Assembly (NCBI GenBank): GCA_964452165.1 | Contig: CAYVKP010000001.1 | Location: forward strand, 490,729 to 554,728 | Direction: 5' to 3' | Length of the DNA: 64,000 nucleotides | Origin: an uncultured Gammaproteobacteria bacterium | GTDB lineage: Bacteria; Patescibacteriota; Microgenomatia; Levybacterales; GWA1-39-11 | Shown here: positions 57,944 to 64,000 of the stretch, one piece after another | How the letters are laid out: each line of letters starts with the position of its first letter | Numbering within the stretch: position 1 is the first letter of the stretch | The notes under the pieces: generated by a model | Database searches by the model: none | Seen by the model: the letters and a program-made list of their open reading frames with translations, nothing else | Told to the model about the DNA's origin: nothing | Position numbers and translations under genes: made by a program

Positions 57944-59017
57944 ATGAGTAGAACGGGTGTTTTTATATTCCTCACGTCTATTATCCTTTCACTTATCGGA
58001 ATTTTTATACTTTATGAGAGCTCTACATATGCTGCTCTTCTTTCAATCGGTGATAAATATTACTTTGTCCGTAATCAGGCGGTGTGGTTTTTGATTGGTA
58101 TTGCGGTCTGTTTTCTAATTTCAAGAATTAACTACAGAAAATATTACAAACTTGCGCTGCCCATTCTGGTTTTCTCGCTCCTTCTTCTTGTCCTCGTTTT
58201 TTTCCCGGGGATCGGCGTATCTCTTAAAGGTGCGCATCGCTGGCTAAATTTTGGAGCTTTTATTGTTCAGCCGTCCGAAATCCTTAAAATAACGTTGACC
58301 ATTTATTTGGCGGCATGGTTATCGATAAAAGAGAAGAGTAAATTCCTGGCTTTCATGCTGCTTATTGCTCTTTCCGTAGTTCTGGTAATCCTTGAGCCGG
58401 ATATGGGTACGGCTTTTATAATTGCCGCTTCAGCAACTACAGTCTATTTTTTATCCGGTGCACGATTTACAGATATGATACTCATCTTTTTGATCTTAGC
58501 AGCCGGTCTTATCGGGCTAATCTTTTTTGCTCCGTACAGACTCGCAAGGCTCACGGCTTACCAAAATTTTGATTCAAAAGATTTATCTACAACCTCTTAT
58601 CATGTAAAGCAGATTTTAATAGCAGTCGGCTCAGGCGGCCTGACAGGCGTTGGATTTGGGAATTCCGTGCAAAAATATGGCTACTTACCTGAAAACACGA
58701 CCGACTCAATCTTCGCAATTTTTGCGGAAGAGTCAGGTTTTATCGGTACTACAGCGTTGATCGGAGTCTTTCTGCTTGAGGTTTTTCTTGGATTTACAAT
58801 AGCCGCCCGTGCACCCGATCCGTTTGGTAAGCTTTTGGCCTGCGGCATCATAACTTTTATATGTGTTCAGACTTTTGTTAATATAGCATCTCAGGCGGTT
58901 TTGATTCCTTTGACAGGTGTCCCTCTACCCTTTGTTTCATACGGTGGATCCTCGCTTATTATTAATCTCTCCTCCATTGGAATCTTAATGAATATCTCGA
59001 GAAAGGAGAAGAAATGA
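57944..59017 (+). CDS. ftsW: SEDS-family peptidoglycan glycosyltransferase FtsW/RodA
   Basis: GAHRWLNFGAFIVQPSEILKI, PDMGTA and GVPLPFVSYGGSSL are SEDS signatures. Confidence 0.85.
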   Translation: MSRTGVFIFLTSIILSLIGIFILYESSTYAALLSIGDKYYFVRNQAVWFLIGIAVCFLISRINYRKYYKLALPILVFSLLLLVLVFFPGIGVSLKGAHRWLNFGAFIVQPSEILKITLTIYLAAWLSIKEKSKFLAFMLLIALSVVLVILEPDMGTAFIIAASATTVYFLSGARFTDMILIFLILAAGLIGLIFFAPYRLARLTAYQNFDSKDLSTTSYHVKQILIAVGSGGLTGVGFGNSVQKYGYLPENTTDSIFAIFAEESGFIGTTALIGVFLLEVFLGFTIAARAPDPFGKLLACGIITFICVQTFVNIASQAVLIPLTGVPLPFVSYGGSSLIINLSSIGILMNISRKEKK

Positions 59018-60126
59018 GGGTACTTATAACCGGCGGTCATTTCTCGCCCGCCTACAGTATTATCACCGAACTTAAGAAAAGGGGGCATGAGATTACGGTT
59101 GCAGGAAGAAGATATCCTTTTGAAGACGACAAAAGTGAATCCTTGGAATACCAAATTTGCCAGAGAGAAAATCTACCCTTTTATGAAATTAAGACAGGAA
59201 GATTTCAAAGAAAATTTACCGCCTACACAATAAGTTCTTTATTAAAAACACCGCCCGGCATTCTCAACTCGGTAAATCTACTTAGAAAGGCGCGTCCTGA
59301 CGTAGTGATGACGTTTGGAGGATATATAGCATTTCCAATAGGGATTGCCGCAAAAATTCTGGGGATCCCAATCGTTTTACACGAACAAACTCAAGGGGCC
59401 GGATTGAGCAGTAAATTCCTTGGGAGTTTAGCAAAAAAAATCTGTATATCTTTTGCAAGCTCCGCAAGTCTCTTCGCCAAAGATAAAACTGTTTTTACTG
59501 GTAATCCAATACGTAATGAAGTATTTAGGATTGAAAAAAAGATGGACATTCCTGCCGGAAAAGTAATCTATATAACCGGAGGAAGCACGGGATCGCACTT
59601 TATAAATGAGCGAATCTTGGAGATTGCAGACACTCTTCTTGATGAATATGTTTTGATCCATCAGACAGGTGAAAGTCTTAAGTTTAATGATTTTGAAAAG
59701 CTCTCAGAGATGAAAGACTCTTTGCCTTCGGAAAAAAAGAAAAGATACATTTTGAAGAAATTCGTCTATCCTGAAGAAGTAGGATTTGTATTTTCAAAGG
59801 CGAATTTGGTGTTGGCTCGGGCAGGGGCGAACACGATTTTCGAGTTGATAGCAACGCGCAAGATGAGTCTCTTGATACCGCTTCCCCATGGTCAAAACAA
59901 CGAACAACTTACTAACGCAAAACTTGTCAAAAAGCTTGGAATAGGTGAATATTTGGAGCAAAATGAGGCGAGTGGGGAATCGATAATTGCTAAAATTAAC
60001 CAAATGTTTGAGAGTATGAAAGACTATGTTGAAAACCTAAAATCAGCCCAGGATTTTGTAGTTGTCGACGCGGCGGCAAGAATTGTCGATGAGGTAGAGA
60101 GAGTTTATGGTAAGAAGAGCAGCTAA
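59014..60126 (+). CDS. murG: UDP-N-acetylglucosamine--N-acetylmuramyl-(pentapeptide) pyrophosphoryl-undecaprenol GlcNAc transferase
   Basis: MRVLITGGHFSPAYSIITELKKRGHEI..., HEQTQGAGLSSKFL and ARAGANTIFEL match the MurG consensus. Confidence 0.85.
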   Translation: MRVLITGGHFSPAYSIITELKKRGHEITVAGRRYPFEDDKSESLEYQICQRENLPFYEIKTGRFQRKFTAYTISSLLKTPPGILNSVNLLRKARPDVVMTFGGYIAFPIGIAAKILGIPIVLHEQTQGAGLSSKFLGSLAKKICISFASSASLFAKDKTVFTGNPIRNEVFRIEKKMDIPAGKVIYITGGSTGSHFINERILEIADTLLDEYVLIHQTGESLKFNDFEKLSEMKDSLPSEKKKRYILKKFVYPEEVGFVFSKANLVLARAGANTIFELIATRKMSLLIPLPHGQNNEQLTNAKLVKKLGIGEYLEQNEASGESIIAKINQMFESMKDYVENLKSAQDFVVVDAAARIVDEVERVYGKKSS

Positions 60127-60523
60127 AAGAAGAGCGAGACAAGTTTTTATAGTGGCACTTGCTGCCGCTTTTTTTTGTGTAGCGCTCGTTTTTACCATTT
60201 TTGCCCTTAGATCTATTGTTCCGCTGCTTAGGACTTCGTCCAAGAATCAGACAATGATAAAGCCGGCAGTCGCAATGACTGAGGCATCGGACTTACAAAA
60301 AAAACTTGGAGAGAATAATATAATGTTGGATTCATTCTCAGCCACAACAAGTTCTGGCATGATTGCAAAAGTTAAGGACGGTCCCACTGTATTTTTCTCC
60401 CAGGATTTACCGGCCGATTGGCAGGTGTCCTCTTTACAATTGATCCTCACGCGGCTTACAATAGATAATAAGAAGCCGAAAGTTATAGACTTACGGCAAG
60501 CTCGCCCTATTGTAAAATTTTAG
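60107..60523 (+). CDS. Short bitopic membrane protein at the ftsQ position (FtsQ/DivIB-like, no full POTRA domain evident)
   Basis: 138 aa: basic N-terminus, one TM (VFIVALAAAFFCVALVFTIFAL), ~95-aa extracytoplasmic part. It sits where ftsQ lies in dcw clusters. Confidence 0.35.
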   Translation: MVRRAAKRRARQVFIVALAAAFFCVALVFTIFALRSIVPLLRTSSKNQTMIKPAVAMTEASDLQKKLGENNIMLDSFSATTSSGMIAKVKDGPTVFFSQDLPADWQVSSLQLILTRLTIDNKKPKVIDLRQARPIVKF

Positions 60524-60545
60524 GGCGTATAATACTATAAAAACT

Positions 60546-61838
60546 ATGCGTGATTCGCAGATTAACATAGGTGTTGACATAGGCTCCTCAAAAATAGCCA
60601 CAGTAATAGGCCAGCTTCAAGAAGAAAACGTCAATATTTTAGGAGTTTCAGAAGTTCCTTCCCGTGGAATTAGGCGCGGTCAGATTATCGATATAGAAGA
60701 AGCAGCCGTATCAATAAATGGTGCTCTTGATGCGGCAGAGCGCATGGCGGGCCATTCTGTAGACCGGGTGTTTGTATCCTTGTCAGGTGTCCACATTATG
60801 AGCCAAAATTCAAAGGGAATAGTTGCTATTTCAACTCCCTCAGGCGAGATAGGTGAGACAGACGTCCAGAGGGTTCTTGAGGCGGCAGGGGCAGTATCAA
60901 CTCCGGCTACAACAACCATACTACACGTGCTTCCAAAGACGTTTACCGTAGATGGCGAGGGTGGAATCAAGGATCCCGTTGGAATGACAGGCGTAAGACT
61001 CGAGGTCGATACCCACATAATTACGGCAAATTCCGTATCGGTCAAGAATATTGAGCGAGTTTTGGAGCAAGAGGCGGGAGTTGGAGTTGCATCTGTTGTT
61101 TTTTCGGGTCTTGCGTCTTCTCTGGCAGTTCTTTCAGATACGGAACGCGAGCTCGGCGTAATTCTGGTTGATATTGGAGCTGGGATTACCAATGTTTGTA
61201 TTTACGTTGACGGAGCCCTATCTTACTCAACCGTTATTCCAATTGGAGCCCGTCATATAACGAATGATTTGGCAATAGGACTGCGAATTTCTCTCGAATC
61301 GGCAGAAAAAATAAAAATGTACCTATCCAAAAAATTCGGAAAGAAAAAAGATAGGGAAGCGGCAGCCGAGGCGGAGGAAAATCCGGACGAGGTAGATCTT
61401 TCATCTCTTCACTTGACTGAAGAACTTAGAAAAGTTTCCCAAAAGACTTTGGTTGATGGAATTATAAAGCCTCGTCTCAATGAGTTATTTACAATGGTAG
61501 GAATTGAGCTTAAAAAAAGCGGGTTTGCAACCCAAACTCCTGCTGGAATAGTTGTAACTGGTGGGGGAGCAAGAACGGCGGGAGTAGAGGAGGCAGCAAA
61601 AAGAATGCTTTCAATGCCTGTCCGAGTTGGAATTCCTACAAATGTTACGGGTCTTATCGATGATGTTGAGAATCCTTCTTTTGCAACAAGCGTGGGTCTC
61701 CTGATGTATGCACGTAATTTCAGAACAACACAATCTGAATCATTTTTTGAAGGAGTCTTAAAGCCGCTAAACGGCGGTTTTGGAAAAGGGATTTTTGGTC
61801 CAGTTGCGCGTCTTATTAAAACGTTTTTACCTAAATGA
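60546..61838 (+). CDS. ftsA: Cell division protein FtsA (actin-like ATPase)
   Basis: INIGVDIGSSKIATVIG, ...DIGAGITNVCIY, ...VVTGGGA. Confidence 0.85.
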   Translation: MRDSQINIGVDIGSSKIATVIGQLQEENVNILGVSEVPSRGIRRGQIIDIEEAAVSINGALDAAERMAGHSVDRVFVSLSGVHIMSQNSKGIVAISTPSGEIGETDVQRVLEAAGAVSTPATTTILHVLPKTFTVDGEGGIKDPVGMTGVRLEVDTHIITANSVSVKNIERVLEQEAGVGVASVVFSGLASSLAVLSDTERELGVILVDIGAGITNVCIYVDGALSYSTVIPIGARHITNDLAIGLRISLESAEKIKMYLSKKFGKKKDREAAAEAEENPDEVDLSSLHLTEELRKVSQKTLVDGIIKPRLNELFTMVGIELKKSGFATQTPAGIVVTGGGARTAGVEEAAKRMLSMPVRVGIPTNVTGLIDDVENPSFATSVGLLMYARNFRTTQSESFFEGVLKPLNGGFGKGIFGPVARLIKTFLPK

Positions 61839-63592
61839 TTTCGAACTTATTTAAATTTATTCGCAAGCTTAAGGCTTGGGAAATATTATTTTACCTCGGT
61901 CTTTTTGCTGTCTTTATAGCAAATGCCTTCCACGAGTCCTATCCTGATGAATTCGACAATATTTTAGGCGGTTGGAACATGCTTCATGGTAGATTCCTCT
62001 ATTCCGGCTTCTTTACTCATCACGGCCCCGTTCCCTACATGCTCGCAGCAGTACTTGAGCTTTTCTCTTGGCAATCATTTGTCCGTTTTCGCGTAGTCTA
62101 TGAAATAGCGCTTGTCCTATTTAATATTTTTGTTTACAAATTCTACAAGGAGCAGATAGGGGAGAAAGTTACAAGATTTTATCCAATCTTTTTGATTTTG
62201 CTCGGAATCGGCTCGACATATTTCTGGTTGCACATGCTTCTTGCCGACAACCTTGCGGCCATCGTTCTGACTGCAGTTTACGGGCTTATAATTCTAAAGA
62301 GAATCTACGGCGTTCTATTTGACAGAAGAGATCTCATTTTTATATCTGTTTTATCCGCGCTGGGTCTCTATTCTTCACTTACTTTCACATACGTATACGG
62401 AATAATTTTCATAACAACTTTATACATATATTTTGCCCAAGCTAAATTCTCGTTCAAGAATATTAGAAAGGGGTTTATCGAGCCGCTTATAATACTGCTT
62501 ATTCCGCACGTAATTTTTGGAATATACCTCTTAGTCACTTGGAGCTTGCCCGATTACCTCTACCAAAATTTTGTTTTCAATTCTAAATACTACATTTACA
62601 ATTACCCGCGTCCCGAGGGCGCTACAATCAACCCAATTCGTTACGCGGTCTTAATTGCTCACGAGTTCTTCAATAGCTTCTATACAATTATCACCGGTCT
62701 TCAAAGCCTCAACCTTACGTTCCCAATGAACAATCTCATGGCATTTGCAGACCTTGCACTTCTAATCTACGCATTTTTGAGTAAAAGAGTTAAACTTGGA
62801 CTTTTTATTCTTGCACTTCTAATTTATTCGAATGTTCGCAGTCACCCGCTTTCAAAAGAAACAGATTATCAGGCGGCAGTTTACATCTTTTTCTCCCTCC
62901 TCAATTCCTTCATAGTAATCCAAGTTCTTGCTGAAAAACTAAGAGAAAATATTGCCTACACAAGCAAAATTATCTATACAATCTTGTTCTCAATTGCAGT
63001 TATTCTTTCATTGGCAGGAGGACTTTTTGTTATTCAAAAATTCGGAGATAAATACTACGCAAAATATATGGGTAATGCGCCGCTTATCTACGATAGACCT
63101 GAGATTGCACCCATTCTTAATAAGATTACGGACAAGAATGATATTGCCTGGATTGGTCCATTTGAATTTGAAGAGCTATTCTACTTGAATCGCGTTGGTC
63201 CATCAAAATATCAAATATTAATTCCCGGAATGGGTAAATCTCCTAAGATTCAAGCAGATATAATTGCTGCTTACAAAAAAAATCCGCCCGCGGTACTTTA
63301 TTTTGACCCCAACTTCTTTATTCTAGGATCTCAGACAAAATATTATTCCGGATTTTTCCTTGACTACCTCAATCAAAATTACTACACACTTCTTCCTTAT
63401 CGCGAAGGAGATACGGTTTACAGATCTTCTACTCCGATTCACGACGGTGAGAAGTTGGACCTTGAGACCAAACTTTATATAAGAAAAGACAAGATGAAAG
63501 AAGTGCTCGTAAAGCTTGTTTCAAATGGCTACATTCACACTAAAAATGAGCCGCCTGTCGAGCCAACAAAGACCCCTGCAAAGAAAAAATAA
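61835..63592 (+). CDS. Polytopic membrane protein, GT-C-like, inserted between ftsA and ftsZ
   Basis: 585 aa with ~12 TMs in the first ~400 aa. ESYPDEFDNILGGWN follows TM1 as an acidic-motif loop. A soluble C-terminal domain follows. It overlaps ftsA by 4 nt. Confidence 0.4.
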   Translation: MISNLFKFIRKLKAWEILFYLGLFAVFIANAFHESYPDEFDNILGGWNMLHGRFLYSGFFTHHGPVPYMLAAVLELFSWQSFVRFRVVYEIALVLFNIFVYKFYKEQIGEKVTRFYPIFLILLGIGSTYFWLHMLLADNLAAIVLTAVYGLIILKRIYGVLFDRRDLIFISVLSALGLYSSLTFTYVYGIIFITTLYIYFAQAKFSFKNIRKGFIEPLIILLIPHVIFGIYLLVTWSLPDYLYQNFVFNSKYYIYNYPRPEGATINPIRYAVLIAHEFFNSFYTIITGLQSLNLTFPMNNLMAFADLALLIYAFLSKRVKLGLFILALLIYSNVRSHPLSKETDYQAAVYIFFSLLNSFIVIQVLAEKLRENIAYTSKIIYTILFSIAVILSLAGGLFVIQKFGDKYYAKYMGNAPLIYDRPEIAPILNKITDKNDIAWIGPFEFEELFYLNRVGPSKYQILIPGMGKSPKIQADIIAAYKKNPPAVLYFDPNFFILGSQTKYYSGFFLDYLNQNYYTLLPYREGDTVYRSSTPIHDGEKLDLETKLYIRKDKMKEVLVKLVSNGYIHTKNEPPVEPTKTPAKKK

Positions 63593-63665
63593 AACCCTCA
63601 TCATCTAGGTTGCAATGATCTCATTTTTGTGTTAGGATTGGCGTACGTTTTAGACGTACTATCAG

Positions 63666-64000
63666 ATGTTAATAAAGCCCCAAACAACTTCTTTTGCAAA
63701 AATTCGCGTGATAGGTATTGGCGGTGGAGGAGGAAACGCAATCAACTCCATGATTGTGGACAATCAGATTAAAGGCGTTGAATTTATGGCGATAAACACC
63801 GATGCCCAAGCGCTTCTTGTTAACCAAGCAAATGTAAAAGTTCAAATCGGTGAAAATCTTACTCGTGGACTTGGATCCGGAGGAAATCCTGACGTTGGAA
63901 AAAATGCGGCTGAAGAATCTCGGGAGAAAATTAAGGAGATGCTTGAAGGTACTGATATGGTTTTCTTGACCGCCGGAATGGGTGGCGGGACCGGGACAGG
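63666..64000 (+). CDS. ftsZ: Cell division GTPase FtsZ, N-terminal part (3' end outside the window)
   Basis: Manual translation gives [30 protein letters not shown]...[11 protein letters not shown]...[13 protein letters not shown]...[22 protein letters not shown] is the tubulin/FtsZ GTP-binding signature. It is absent from the ORF track because no stop lies in the window. Confidence 0.9.
   Translation, partial: MLIKPQTTSFAKIRVIGIGGGGGNAINSMIVDNQIKGVEFMAINTDAQALLVNQANVKVQIGENLTRGLGSGGNPDVGKNAAEESREKIKEMLEGTDMVFLTAGMGGGTGT

Noticed and set aside
60680-61192. 170-aa minus-strand ORF
   Set aside because: It is antisense to ftsA. Its GC-skewed, Thr/Ser/Pro-rich translation is characteristic of a reverse-frame artefact.
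63636-63660. Small inverted repeat GTACG-N7-CGTAC upstream of ftsZ
   Set aside because: A 5-bp stem is too weak to call a regulatory hairpin or operator without conservation data.
1-64000. CRISPR arrays, tRNA/rRNA genes, IS transposases
   Set aside because: I scanned all intergenic gaps of at least 40 bp. None has repeat-spacer periodicity or a tRNA-sized cloverleaf candidate. No ORF carries DDE/HUH/serine-recombinase motifs.

Overview
This is a low-GC, tightly packed bacterial chromosome segment. Most genes are on the + strand with 1–40 nt overlaps, and several use GTG/TTG starts. Long ORFs read cleanly under the standard genetic code. The content is typical of a small-genome lineage such as CPR/Patescibacteria. 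It falls into three blocks.

- **Block 1 (1–35.9 kb): cell-surface glycan / glycosylation island.**
  - Nucleotide-sugar genes: a dTDP-rhamnose pathway tail (rmlD fragment), a plant-type GDP-mannose 3,5-epimerase homolog, an SDR epimerase/reductase and mannose-1-phosphate guanylyltransferase.
  - Glycosyltransferases: three GT2, five complete GT4 plus one truncated GT4 N-domain, an initiating polyprenyl-phosphate sugar-phosphate transferase, and seven GT-C-like polytopic membrane proteins. Four of the GT-C-like proteins are mutual paralogs, and two sit in a tandemly duplicated two-gene module. One 1082-aa protein fuses a Wzy_C/O-antigen-ligase-like domain to a GT-C-like domain.
  - Tailoring enzymes: formyltransferase, deacetylase-like protein, two LbH acetyltransferases, two SAM methyltransferases and an SGNH hydrolase.
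- **Block 2 (35.9–47.5 kb): repair, defence and housekeeping genes.** recO is followed by a type I restriction-modification operon, hsdR-hsdM-X-hsdS, where X is an embedded 384-aa candidate PD-(D/E)xK (Shedu-like) nuclease. Downstream lie tag, a PEBP-family protein, an ArsR-like HTH + ImmA/IrrE metallopeptidase pair, a zinc-ribbon membrane protein, glycyl-tRNA synthetase and two hypotheticals, one of them GC-atypical.
- **Block 3 (47.5–64 kb): dcw cell-division/cell-wall cluster.**
  - Gene order: mraZ-rsmH-ftsL-ftsI-murC-murA-glmU-like-murF-like-mraY-ftsW-murG-ftsQ-like-ftsA-[membrane protein]-ftsZ (partial).
  - Other features: MraZ-type TGGGA direct repeats in the mraZ leader, a GC-rich insertion with duplicated murC start, a membrane-anchored MurF-like protein, and a GT-C-like membrane protein wedged between ftsA and ftsZ.

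I found no tRNA, rRNA, CRISPR array or recognisable transposase.
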